Of a stretch of 64,000 nucleotides of DNA, positions 25,514 through 35,293 are shown piece by piece. The stretch covers positions 81,649 to 145,648 of the forward strand of contig CASFBF010000011.1 of the NCBI GenBank assembly GCA_949292985.1, given 5' to 3'. How positions within the stretch are numbered: position 1 is the stretch's first letter; each line of letters begins with the position of its first letter. A program made the translations under genes and the position numbers. The notes beneath the pieces were generated by a model that worked only from the letters and a program-made list of their open reading frames with translations, searched no databases and was not told the DNA's origin. This DNA is from an uncultured Bacillota bacterium. Lineage in GTDB: Bacteria > Bacillota > Clostridia > Christensenellales > UBA1242.

Positions 25514-27404
25514 AGTCTCTTTTTGTCATTTCCAAAACTATTGGTCTGCCATGAGGGCAAAGAAGCACGCCTTTGCGCATTTGGTCAATCAAATAGGCAA
25601 TTTCGTCCTGCGAAATATGGTCGCCTGCTTTGATTGCGTGTTTGCAGGCATATTGTGCAAGCCTTTCTTTCATAATATCGCTTTTAGATTTTTGAAAAAT
25701 GCAATCATCTTTGAGCACACTTTCAACAAAAGCATTCAAATCAATGCTACTTAAAATAAGTGGAACAGCGGAAATTGACACTCCACCGTTTGTTTCTTGA
25801 ACATCAAAACCAAGATCTGAAAAAACCTGTTTTGTTTCCAAGAACTTAATTTTATCTTTACTGTTTAAATCAACCTCAAACGGAACAAGCAAAGGTTGTT
25901 TAATTAGCGAACTGTTTTCAACTTGCCCACAAAGTTTATCGTAAAGAGTGCGCTCATGAGCAGCATGTTGGTCGATAAAACATGCTTTTTCATCATACTC
26001 AACAACAATGTAAGTAGCGAACAAAGTTCCTAAGATTTTCATCTCATCTCTGACTGATGCAGTTAAAAATTTAGGTGGATTTTTTTCATTTAAAATTTCA
26101 TTCGCATGTTCGGATTTAGTTTGATCGAAGAAAATTTTTCCACCTATCTTATTGATAGGAATTTCTTCTTCAATTGTTATGTTCATAAAATCAGGCAACT
26201 GCTTTTTAACAGTTTTCGTCTGAATTTCAACATCAATTTTTGGATATTCTATTTTTTCATCAGGTCGAACATCTCTGTAACTTCTCCCTTCTTTTATAGG
26301 CAATGGTTCAATATCTGCAACAGGCACATGAGTAAAACCTTGATTATTCAAAGGGTCTTTAAGTTCGGTTTCTGAAAATAAATTATCATCTTCATTTTTA
26401 ACTTCGAAATTTGCAATATGGTTTGAACCCATAAGCGCTTCTTCAACACTTCTTCTAACAAAGCCAAAAACTTTGTTTGGATTTTCAAACTTCACTTCCT
26501 TTTTTGTAGGATGAATGTTTACATCAACACTTTGTGGGTCAACACTTAAACCCAAAATATAAATAGGAAATTTTCCTTTCATTAAAAATGGTTCAAAAGC
26601 GCCTTGAACAGCGGAAGAAATAAGATAGTTTTCCACAAACCTGCCATTCACAAACAGCGTTTGATTGGTTCTGTTAACCTTTGAAAATTTAGGTGAAACA
26701 ATAAAACCAGAAAGTTTTAAACCATCTTGCTCACTATCTATTTTGATAAGATTTTGATAAACATCTTTACCATATATAGTATATATTATGTCAGACAACT
26801 CAGAAGATATAGTGTTGTATACTTGTTTGCCGTCAACTACATAAAGAAAACTAATTTCAGGATGCGCCAACATAAACTTTTCAACTAAGTGGGTTATTTC
26901 CCCTTCTTCTATCTTATCACGCCTTAAAAATTTTGCCCGAACAGGAGCATTATAAAATAGATCTGTTGCCTCAATGGTTGTGCCTTCATTTCTGGCAATA
27001 TCTTTAACTTCACTAAACAGCCCGCCATCAATTCTAATGCTATGTCCAACTTCATCATCTTTGGTTTTTGATGAAGCGTAAATATGACAAACTGACGCTA
27101 TGCTTGCAAGCGCTTCCCCTCTAAAACCTAATGTTTTTATCGTGTCAAGGTCTTCAATCTTTTCTATTTTACTTGTAGCATGAGGCATAAAGGCATTGTG
27201 CAAATCATCTTTCATAATGCCATGCCCATTATCAGAAACAACTATTTTCTTCTTTCCACCGCATTCGATTTCAATGCTTATAACACTGGCTTTTGCGTCT
27301 ATGCTGTTTTCAACAAGTTCTTTAACTATTGAGGCTGGTTTTTCAACCACCTCTCCTGCTGCAATCCTGTTAAACACCATGCTGTCAAGAAGTTTTATTT
27401 TCAT
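25485..27404 (-). CDS. mutL: DNA mismatch repair protein MutL
   Basis: 639 aa. GHKL ATPase N-terminus (IAAGEVVEKPASIVKELVENSIDA) and a C-terminal dimerisation/endonuclease domain. Confidence 0.95.
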   Translation of the reverse strand: MKIKLLDSMVFNRIAAGEVVEKPASIVKELVENSIDAKASVISIEIECGGKKKIVVSDNGHGIMKDDLHNAFMPHATSKIEKIEDLDTIKTLGFRGEALASIASVCHIYASSKTKDDEVGHSIRIDGGLFSEVKDIARNEGTTIEATDLFYNAPVRAKFLRRDKIEEGEITHLVEKFMLAHPEISFLYVVDGKQVYNTISSELSDIIYTIYGKDVYQNLIKIDSEQDGLKLSGFIVSPKFSKVNRTNQTLFVNGRFVENYLISSAVQGAFEPFLMKGKFPIYILGLSVDPQSVDVNIHPTKKEVKFENPNKVFGFVRRSVEEALMGSNHIANFEVKNEDDNLFSETELKDPLNNQGFTHVPVADIEPLPIKEGRSYRDVRPDEKIEYPKIDVEIQTKTVKKQLPDFMNITIEEEIPINKIGGKIFFDQTKSEHANEILNEKNPPKFLTASVRDEMKILGTLFATYIVVEYDEKACFIDQHAAHERTLYDKLCGQVENSSLIKQPLLVPFEVDLNSKDKIKFLETKQVFSDLGFDVQETNGGVSISAVPLILSSIDLNAFVESVLKDDCIFQKSKSDIMKERLAQYACKHAIKAGDHISQDEIAYLIDQMRKGVLLCPHGRPIVLEMTKRDFEKLFKRVV

Positions 27405-29995
27405 TTTTCCTCCTTAGCCTTGCTTGAAAGGTCTGAAATAAGTTCGAGCGCCGCCATTGGCGAAAGTCTGTTGGGGTCTATATCTTTGATTATAGAATAA
27501 ATTTGTTTCATGGCTTTGTTTTCATCAACTTTAACGCTGGATTGTTGTTCAAGCAATTTTATATCCAAAGATTGATTAAAACTTTCCAGTTGTTTTAAAA
27601 TTTGCCTAGCCCTTGAAAGTATGGTGTTTGGCAATCCTGCAAGCCTTGCAACTTCAATACCAAAACTTTTGTTTGCTCCACCTCTTGCAATCTTTCTTAG
27701 AAAAACAACTTCATCATTAAGTTCTTTAACAAGAATTTTGTAATTTTTAACACCTGCAAGTTCACCTTCCAAAGCGGTGAGTTCATGATAATGCGTTGCG
27801 AACAAAGTTTTAGCGGACAAGTTTTTGGAAAGATGTTCAACAACAGCCCATGCAATACTTAACCCGTCAAAAGTCGCTGTTCCCCTGCCTATTTCGTCTA
27901 AAACAATTAAACTCTTATCAGTAGCGTTGGCAAGGATTGTTGCCACCTCACTCATTTCCACCATAAATGTGCTTTGCCCAAAAGCCAAGTCATCGCTTGC
28001 ACCAACTCGTGTAAAGATACGGTCTGTAATTGCAATTTTTGCTTCTTTGGCAGGCACAAAACTTCCTAGATGTGCCATAAATGTGATTAAAGCAACTTGC
28101 CTCATATATGTGCTTTTGCCCGCCATATTTGGACCTGTGATAATCATAATCTTATCATCTGGGGCGCTTAAATAGGTGTCGTTTGAAATGAAAGTGCTAT
28201 CCTTTAAAAAGTATTCTACAACTGGGTGTCTGCCCCCTATTATAGAAATTTCTTTCACATCATCTGAAATCGTTGGGCGAACAAAATTTAAGTTTCTAGC
28301 AACTGTTGCCAGCGAGTTTAATGCATCAATATCGCTGACAGCATCTGCTGTTTGCATAACATCAGCAACAACTGTTTGAAGATGATTTTTTAATTGCTCA
28401 AAAATGATTGCTTCAAGTTTGACCGCTTTTTCATCGGCACCCATAATTTTATTTTCAAGCAGTTTTAAGTCATCTGTGATATATCTTTCGTTGTTTGCAA
28501 CTGTTTGCTTGCGCCTGTAATTTAATGGAATTCTGTCGCTATCCTTTTTGTTTACTTCTATATAATATCCATAAACTTTGTTTGAAACTATTTTTAAATT
28601 TTTGATGCCTGTTTTTTCTTTTTCTTCCTCTTCCAGTTGTTTAATCCACTTTTCAGCATCAATTTTTATGTTTCTTAAACTATCAAGTTCAGCATTAAAC
28701 CCTTTTCTGATATATCCGCCATCTTTCATCAGTCTAGACGCATTTGGGTCGATTGCGCTATCAAGAAGTTGACACAAATTTTCAAAACTATGAATTCTGT
28801 CATTTAGTTTTTCAAAAACAGGCAAATCCATTAAAACATTTTTTATTTCTGGCAAAACTTTCAAAGACCTTGAAAGAGTAAGCAGTTCGTTTGGAAGAAT
28901 ATTCCCGTATGCAATCTTTCCTGCCAATCTTTCAATGTCGGAAATGGAAGAAAGCAATTCTGTAAGTTGATCTCTAACCACAATGTTTTTATATAGTTGC
29001 TCAACCATATCCAATCTTTGGTTTATCTTTTGAGAAGATTGAAGTGGGTGGTCAAATATATATCTGAATTTTCTTGCACCCATACTTGTTTTTGTTTTAT
29101 CCAAAAGCCACAAAAGCGAGCCGTGTTTTTTTCGCTCTCTTATAGTTTCAACAAGTTCAAGGTTTCGTCTTGCGGTTGCATCAAGTTGCATAAAATCAGC
29201 ACTTCGAACAAGTTTAAGTGTTTTTATGCTTTTTATCTGCCTTTTTTGAGTTTCATTTAAGTATTCAATCAGTGCCCCAGAACTTACTACTGCGGCTTTT
29301 TTATCTTCCAATTCATAGATTTTTAAATAATTATCCATAAACTGATTTTTTAAATTATTATCGCATCTTTCATACCTGAAAGCCCAATCATAATATCTTT
29401 CAACTTTTGGGAACGAGCCAAGTTTGGTTACTGGCAAACTTTCATATAAAAGTGCAGCCTCTTCGTTTGCAATAATTTCACTTGGTGTAATTCTACAAAT
29501 AACATCTGAAAAAAGTTGAGAAATGTCGCCTTCATCTTTATATTCCACTTCGAATAAACCAGTTGTAATGTCGGCATAACTAAGCCCCAGTGCATCGCCA
29601 CTTTTATAAGCGCAAAGAATATAGTTGTTTTTTGAATTATCAAGCATTAATTCTTCTGTAACCGTTCCAGGAGTTATAACCCTTACGACTTCCCTTTCCA
29701 CCATTTTGCCAGACTTTGGCTCTGTCATTTGTTCACAAATTGCGACTTTATAATTTAAAGCCAATAATTTTTGCAAATAGGCATTGCACGCATGGTATGG
29801 CACACCGCACATAGGATTGCCCGCACGTTGGGTTAAGGTTAAATCTAAGGCTCTGCTAACTTCAATGGCGTCTTCAAAAAACATTTCATAAAAATCACCC
29901 AGCCTAAAAAACAAAATTGCGTCTGGATAATTTGCCTTTATTGCTTTGTATTGTTTGACCATAGGTGTGTCTAAATCTTTCTCTTTTGCACTCAT
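27401..29995 (-). CDS. mutS: DNA mismatch repair protein MutS
   Basis: 864 aa. TPMVKQY...FFRLGDFYEMF mismatch-binding motif and Walker A GPNMAGKST. Confidence 0.95.
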   Translation of the reverse strand: MSAKEKDLDTPMVKQYKAIKANYPDAILFFRLGDFYEMFFEDAIEVSRALDLTLTQRAGNPMCGVPYHACNAYLQKLLALNYKVAICEQMTEPKSGKMVEREVVRVITPGTVTEELMLDNSKNNYILCAYKSGDALGLSYADITTGLFEVEYKDEGDISQLFSDVICRITPSEIIANEEAALLYESLPVTKLGSFPKVERYYDWAFRYERCDNNLKNQFMDNYLKIYELEDKKAAVVSSGALIEYLNETQKRQIKSIKTLKLVRSADFMQLDATARRNLELVETIRERKKHGSLLWLLDKTKTSMGARKFRYIFDHPLQSSQKINQRLDMVEQLYKNIVVRDQLTELLSSISDIERLAGKIAYGNILPNELLTLSRSLKVLPEIKNVLMDLPVFEKLNDRIHSFENLCQLLDSAIDPNASRLMKDGGYIRKGFNAELDSLRNIKIDAEKWIKQLEEEEKEKTGIKNLKIVSNKVYGYYIEVNKKDSDRIPLNYRRKQTVANNERYITDDLKLLENKIMGADEKAVKLEAIIFEQLKNHLQTVVADVMQTADAVSDIDALNSLATVARNLNFVRPTISDDVKEISIIGGRHPVVEYFLKDSTFISNDTYLSAPDDKIMIITGPNMAGKSTYMRQVALITFMAHLGSFVPAKEAKIAITDRIFTRVGASDDLAFGQSTFMVEMSEVATILANATDKSLIVLDEIGRGTATFDGLSIAWAVVEHLSKNLSAKTLFATHYHELTALEGELAGVKNYKILVKELNDEVVFLRKIARGGANKSFGIEVARLAGLPNTILSRARQILKQLESFNQSLDIKLLEQQSSVKVDENKAMKQIYSIIKDIDPNRLSPMAALELISDLSSKAKEEK

Positions 29996-31128
29996 TATTT
30001 TTCCTCTTTTTGTATCTGCTTTTCAAGTTTAAGCAGTCTGTTAACCCTGTCATGTTTAACTTCGTCTGGAACTTGTCCTTCCATTTTAGCCGCAACCGTC
30101 CCCTCACGAGGCGAATACATAAATGCAAATATAGACGAAAACTTAACTTGTTTCACCAAATCCATAGTGTCCAAAAATTCCTCTTCGGTTTCGGTTGGAA
30201 ATCCAACAATAAAATCCGAAGTCAAAACTATATTTGGAACAAGTGCTTTAACTTTTTCTATAATCTGCAAATATTTTTCACGCGTGTAATTGCGGTTCAT
30301 AAGTTTTAAAATTCTGTTGTTTCCACTTTGCGCAGGCAAGTGCAAACTTTTAATCATTTTTGGATTGAAAGCAATTTCTTTAATAAGTTCGTCGGTGATG
30401 TCTTTTGGGTGCGATGTCATGAATGTAATTTGAAAATCGCCATCGATTTTGCTTATTTCTTGCAACAACTCAGTAAATGTCATCTGCGGACATAAATCTT
30501 TGCCATATGAATTTACATTTTGTCCAAGCAAAGTTATTTTTTTGTATTTCCCTTCTTTTACAATTTGCCTGATTTCATTTAAAATATTTTCTGGTTTTCT
30601 AGATTTTTCCCTACCCCTAACATAAGGGACAATGCAATATGTGCAAAAATTGTTGCAACCTTGCATTATGTTCACCCATGCGTTATCTCCACTAGTGCGA
30701 AGATATGATTGAGTTTCATCTAGGTCGCCTTCTTGCCACTGTTCAAAAACCCGCTTGTTTTTGGCTTGATCGATGTAATCACCCAGTTTTGCCAAATTAA
30801 ATGTGCCAATAACAATATCAACAAAAGGAAATGTTTTTTTAATATATTCTGCTGTGTCTGCTTTTTGTGTTGCACACCCACACACCGCTATAATCAAGTT
30901 CGGATTTGCTTTTTTAAGCCTTTTAAGAGCGCCCACATTACCAAAAAATCTGTCCTCTGCGCCCTCTCTAATTGCGCACGTGTTAAAAACAATTACGTCC
31001 GCATCTTCTCTTTTATCAGTTACCGAATAACCTTTATTTTCAAGAATGAACGCAATTTTTTCTGACTCATGAACATTCATTTGGCAACCAAATGTAACAA
31101 TGTGATATAGCATAGAAGTATTATACAA
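29995..31128 (-). CDS. miaB: tRNA methylthiotransferase MiaB, short form without the C-terminal TRAM domain
   Basis: 377 aa. UPF0004 N-domain (TFGCQMNVHESE) and radical SAM CNNFCTYC. The ORF ends at TAATG, overlapping the mutS start. Confidence 0.85.
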   Translation of the reverse strand: MYNTSMLYHIVTFGCQMNVHESEKIAFILENKGYSVTDKREDADVIVFNTCAIREGAEDRFFGNVGALKRLKKANPNLIIAVCGCATQKADTAEYIKKTFPFVDIVIGTFNLAKLGDYIDQAKNKRVFEQWQEGDLDETQSYLRTSGDNAWVNIMQGCNNFCTYCIVPYVRGREKSRKPENILNEIRQIVKEGKYKKITLLGQNVNSYGKDLCPQMTFTELLQEISKIDGDFQITFMTSHPKDITDELIKEIAFNPKMIKSLHLPAQSGNNRILKLMNRNYTREKYLQIIEKVKALVPNIVLTSDFIVGFPTETEEEFLDTMDLVKQVKFSSIFAFMYSPREGTVAAKMEGQVPDEVKHDRVNRLLKLEKQIQKEEK

Positions 31129-31181
31129 GATTTTTAAAACTTTTGCAAATATTTTGCTTTTAAAGAGCCATATTAAGAAAT

Positions 31182-33395
31182 ATGAGGAAATTTGTCAAAA
31201 TTTTTTCTTTTAGTTGTCTAATTTTGTTTGGAGCGGTGTTTTTAACGGCTTCATTATTTGTTGGAAGCACTTATTTAAAATATTCATCACTTTCTTTAAA
31301 CGAAGAAAAACTCTCATCACCTGCACTGGCTGTTGAACTTTATGATTATGAAAATAGACCCCTAAAAGAAGAAAACACATTTAACGGAGAATATGCAAAA
31401 CTTTCCACTTTGCCAGAAAATTTAAAAAATGCTTTTATCTCAATTGAAGATAAAAGTTTTTATTCTCATCATGGACTAAATTATAAACGCATAATTAAAG
31501 CAGGCATAAACAATGTGCTAAGCCATAGTTTAAAAGAAGGCGCATCAACAATAAGCCAACAACTTATTAAGAACACTCACCTTTCATCTGAAAAAACATT
31601 TGAGCGAAAAATTAAAGAAATAGTGCTTACAAAAAAACTTGAAAAAGCACACACGAAAGATGAAATTTTGGAATGTTACCTAAATGTAATCTACTATGGC
31701 AACAACTGTTACGGCATAGAAAGCGCCTCTCAGTATTATTTTTCAAAGCCGGCTTCAAAACTTGAACTTGAAGAATGTGCACTTTTGGCAGGAATGGTTA
31801 AATCTCCAAACAAATATTCACCAATATTGAAGCAAGCAACCACACTAGAAAGGCGAAATCTTGTTCTATGCGAAATGCAAAAAGATGGCTATATTTCCCA
31901 AGAGCAATTTTTAAGAGCAAGCCAGCAACCAATAAATTTAAATTTGCAGTCGGAAGAACAAAATGCTTTAAACTCTTATTCGCAAGCGGCGTTAGATGAA
32001 GCATGTGAAATTCTTAAAGTCCCAGCAAAAACCATAGCCATAAACGGATACAAAATTCACACATATTTGGATAAAGACAAACAACTTGCATTGAAAGAAT
32101 CATTGCTAAAAGAAGATTTTAATTGTGCCGACCATGCAGCCATAGTTTTAGACTGCAAGCGTCATGCCATTACAGCCTACCAAGCAAACAGCGCATACAA
32201 AGTTTTGGACGCAAAACGACAACCGGGCTCGCTAATAAAGCCGATAATTGCCTATGCCCCTGCACTGAACGAAGATATCATTTCGCCATCAACTCAAATT
32301 CTAGATGAACAACTTGCGCTTGGAGAATATAATCCAAAAAATGTTGACGGCAAATTCAGAGGCTATGTTTCAGCAACCGAAGCGCTTTCAAAATCAATCA
32401 ATATCCCAGCAATAAAAGTGCTTTCTTATGTGGGAATAGATAAAGCCAAAGCCTACGCTGAAAGCATGGGGTTGGAATTTGATGAGGGCGACAACTCTTA
32501 CGCTCTTGCGCTTGGAGGCATGAGATACGGCACAAATATAAAGCAGATTGCACAAAGTTACTCCACTTTTGCCAACATGGGTAAATATGCTGACGCTAAA
32601 TTTGTGGAATATATAACCGATGCCTCAGGCAAAATACTTTATCACCATAAACCAACCGAACAGCAAGTTTTAAGAGAAGATGCATCTTACTTATTAACCA
32701 CAATGTTGCAAGACGCTGCAACAAACGGAACTGCAAAAGTGCTGAAAGAATTAAACATTCCTATTGCTGCAAAAACAGGAACTGTTGGCAAAGGCAAAGA
32801 TAACATTGACGCATGGTGCGTTGCATATACACCAGAAGAAGTTTGTGCCACCTGGGTGGGCAATTTAGATAACACACCAATAACAGTTGCAGGCGGAAAT
32901 CAGCCTGCTAGATGTGTTAAAAATTATTTTAGCGCTTCAACCACCACTTCATCACCGTTTGTTCAGCCAGGAAGCGTTGTTGAGCGAGAAATAGATTTAA
33001 TAAGACTTGAAAACTCACACAAACTTGAACTAGCCTCACCTAACACTCCCGCAAGATTTAAACAAAGCGCATTATTTTCAATATTTAATCTTCCAAAAGA
33101 TATATCGCAAAACTTTGTAGAAATTGGTGAAACTAAGTTTGAGGTCAAAAACAATGGTTCAACCGTTGACATCACTTTTGCACCACTTAGGCATTTAACT
33201 TATAAGTTTTATGACGGAAAAACTTTGATTAAAGAAATCTCCGATCAAACACAGCCACAACAGTTACAATTAAAAGTTAAAGGTAAAGATTTAAAAATAA
33301 TTGTTGGATTTGATAATAAAAATCAAAAAACATACGATTTTAAATTAAAAAAAGAGGCTGACTCTCAGCCTCAAAATGACAAATGGTTCATTTAA
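31182..33395 (+). CDS. Class A penicillin-binding protein (glycosyltransferase + transpeptidase)
   Basis: 737 aa. GT51 motifs ISIEDKSFYSHHG and GASTISQQL. Transpeptidase motifs SLIKP (SxxK) and KTGT. Confidence 0.9.
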   Translation: MRKFVKIFSFSCLILFGAVFLTASLFVGSTYLKYSSLSLNEEKLSSPALAVELYDYENRPLKEENTFNGEYAKLSTLPENLKNAFISIEDKSFYSHHGLNYKRIIKAGINNVLSHSLKEGASTISQQLIKNTHLSSEKTFERKIKEIVLTKKLEKAHTKDEILECYLNVIYYGNNCYGIESASQYYFSKPASKLELEECALLAGMVKSPNKYSPILKQATTLERRNLVLCEMQKDGYISQEQFLRASQQPINLNLQSEEQNALNSYSQAALDEACEILKVPAKTIAINGYKIHTYLDKDKQLALKESLLKEDFNCADHAAIVLDCKRHAITAYQANSAYKVLDAKRQPGSLIKPIIAYAPALNEDIISPSTQILDEQLALGEYNPKNVDGKFRGYVSATEALSKSINIPAIKVLSYVGIDKAKAYAESMGLEFDEGDNSYALALGGMRYGTNIKQIAQSYSTFANMGKYADAKFVEYITDASGKILYHHKPTEQQVLREDASYLLTTMLQDAATNGTAKVLKELNIPIAAKTGTVGKGKDNIDAWCVAYTPEEVCATWVGNLDNTPITVAGGNQPARCVKNYFSASTTTSSPFVQPGSVVEREIDLIRLENSHKLELASPNTPARFKQSALFSIFNLPKDISQNFVEIGETKFEVKNNGSTVDITFAPLRHLTYKFYDGKTLIKEISDQTQPQQLQLKVKGKDLKIIVGFDNKNQKTYDFKLKKEADSQPQNDKWFI

Positions 33396-34424
33396 TTATT
33401 CTTCATCTGCCCCAACATCAAGAGGCAACCCTTCTTTATTAACTTCGTCAATAATAAGTTTTTCAATTTGAGCAAGAACCTCTGGATTAGATTCAAGATA
33501 AGCCTTTGTATTTTCTTTACCTTGACCAATTTTTTCATCTTGATAAGCAAACCAAGAACCAGACTTTTTAATTATACCAAATTGCAAAGCAAGGTCTACA
33601 ATGCAACCAATTTTTGAAATACCTTTGCCGTAAACAATATCAAATTCAGCAACTTTAAATGGTGGAGCAAGTTTGTTTTTAACAACCTTAACTTTTGTTT
33701 TATTTCCAATCACATTCGCCCCATCTTTTATTGCCTCGCCTTTTCTTACATCAAGTCTTACGCTGGCATAAAATTTCAACGCTTTACCACCTGCAGTTGT
33801 TTCTGGCGAACCATAAATCACACCGATTTTATCTCTTAATTGGTTAATAAAAATAACTGTTGTATTACTTTTGTTGATTGCACCTGTAAGTTTTCTAAGC
33901 GCTTGCGACATCATTCTTGCTTGAAGTCCCACATGATTTTCACCCATTTCGCCATCGATTTCAGCCTTTGGAGTAAGCGCTGCAACACTATCCACAACCA
34001 CAACATCTACACCACCAGAACGAACAAGCATATCACAAATGTTAAGCGCTTGTTCACCATTGTCAGGCTGAGAAACATACAAATCCTTCAAAACTACGCC
34101 TAATTTTTCAGCATAACTTGGGTCAAGCGCGTGCTCTGCATCAATAAATGCAGCCGTTCCACCCATTTTTTGCGCCTCAGCAATGATGTGCAGAGATACT
34201 GTTGTTTTTCCAGAAGATTCTGGGCCATAAATTTCAACAACTCTTCCCCTTGGAACTCCACCTATTCCTAGTGCTAAGTCAAGTGTTAGACAACCAGTTG
34301 GAATAACATCAACCTTTTGATTAACATTATCGCCCAATTTCATAATTGAGCCTTTACCATATTGTTTTTCAATTTGGCTTAAAGCCTCGGCAAGTGCGTC
34401 TTCTTTTGCTAATTTCTTTTCCAT
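33396..34424 (-). CDS. recA: Recombinase RecA
   Basis: 342 aa. Walker [10 protein letters not shown] and canonical RecA sequence. Confidence 0.97.
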   Translation of the reverse strand: MEKKLAKEDALAEALSQIEKQYGKGSIMKLGDNVNQKVDVIPTGCLTLDLALGIGGVPRGRVVEIYGPESSGKTTVSLHIIAEAQKMGGTAAFIDAEHALDPSYAEKLGVVLKDLYVSQPDNGEQALNICDMLVRSGGVDVVVVDSVAALTPKAEIDGEMGENHVGLQARMMSQALRKLTGAINKSNTTVIFINQLRDKIGVIYGSPETTAGGKALKFYASVRLDVRKGEAIKDGANVIGNKTKVKVVKNKLAPPFKVAEFDIVYGKGISKIGCIVDLALQFGIIKKSGSWFAYQDEKIGQGKENTKAYLESNPEVLAQIEKLIIDEVNKEGLPLDVGADEE

Positions 34425-34435
34425 AATCTCATCTC

Positions 34436-35293
34436 CTAATTTCTAAATATTTGTTTAAATTCTTTTTCACTAATCAATATTTCACGCTCGTCGCCTTCGT
34501 CAGATATATAACCAAGGTCGGTCATATCCTGAATTATTTTTTCTGCACGCTGGTTTTCTATGTTAAATCTAGTTGCAATTTTATTTGCGCTAACAACACC
34601 TTCGTCAATAAATTCTGCCATAACATCAGGAATAATAAGGTCAAATTGCACATCTTCCGCTGGCTGAGGTTTATCAGATTTCAAAACATGTGCATTTTTT
34701 ACTACATATCCTATGCCGGAAGTGATTGTAAGAATTGTGGTTATTGCAAGCATTATAATCAAAATTACATTAAAAACTGTGTTGGCTGTTCCCTTAATTG
34801 ACGGATTAAATTCAACAACAAGAAAAGCATAAATCATATACAAGAAAATTGTAACATCTTGGAATGCTGCCTTGATTTTTCCTGATTTGTCAGCCGCAAG
34901 CACAAGTTTTTTTGTTGCAGCGATTTGACGAAAAGCACTTATAATAAGTTCTCTGCCTAAAATTACGATTGTGCATAATATTCCAAGCCAAACAGGTGTA
35001 ACTGCTGGAAGCGCACTTTTCAAACTTTCACCTGTTATTGGCCATGCAACGATTAAAAGCAATCCGCTCATAACCAAAATTTTGTCAGCAATAGGGTCTA
35101 AAAATTTACCCAAGTCTGTGACGAGGTTTCTTTTTCTTGCAATTCTGCCGTCGATATTGTCAGTAATGGCAGCAATTCCAAATACCAAAGCAGCAACAAG
35201 TTTGCCATAAGGAATAAAGTCTGCCATAAAGAAAAATATAACCAACGGAATTAAACAAATTCTTGAAATTGTTATTTTGTTTGGTAAATTCAC
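34436..35293 (-). CDS. pgsA: CDP-diacylglycerol--glycerol-3-phosphate 3-phosphatidyltransferase with a C-terminal FtsK-gamma-like winged-helix extension
   Basis: 285 aa, GTG start after AAAGGAG. CDP-alcohol transferase motif [24 protein letters not shown]. The last 68 aa resemble the FtsK gamma domain (see findings). Confidence 0.85.
   Translation of the reverse strand: MNLPNKITISRICLIPLVIFFFMADFIPYGKLVAALVFGIAAITDNIDGRIARKRNLVTDLGKFLDPIADKILVMSGLLLIVAWPITGESLKSALPAVTPVWLGILCTIVILGRELIISAFRQIAATKKLVLAADKSGKIKAAFQDVTIFLYMIYAFLVVEFNPSIKGTANTVFNVILIIMLAITTILTITSGIGYVVKNAHVLKSDKPQPAEDVQFDLIIPDVMAEFIDEGVVSANKIATRFNIENQRAEKIIQDMTDLGYISDEGDEREILISEKEFKQIFRN

Noticed and set aside
33393-33398. The convergent PBP and recA genes abut with no spacer. 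ylbJ and the 271-aa gene overlap by 8 nt at 10117..10124. Neither junction has a terminator hairpin.
   Set aside because: This is a real observation, but it is common in compact genomes, and I could not tie it to any specific function.
34425-34500. A search for a LexA (Cheo) box upstream of recA.
   Set aside because: recA starts 12 nt after pgsA, and no GAAC-N4-GTTC motif is visible. recA appears to be co-transcribed with pgsA.
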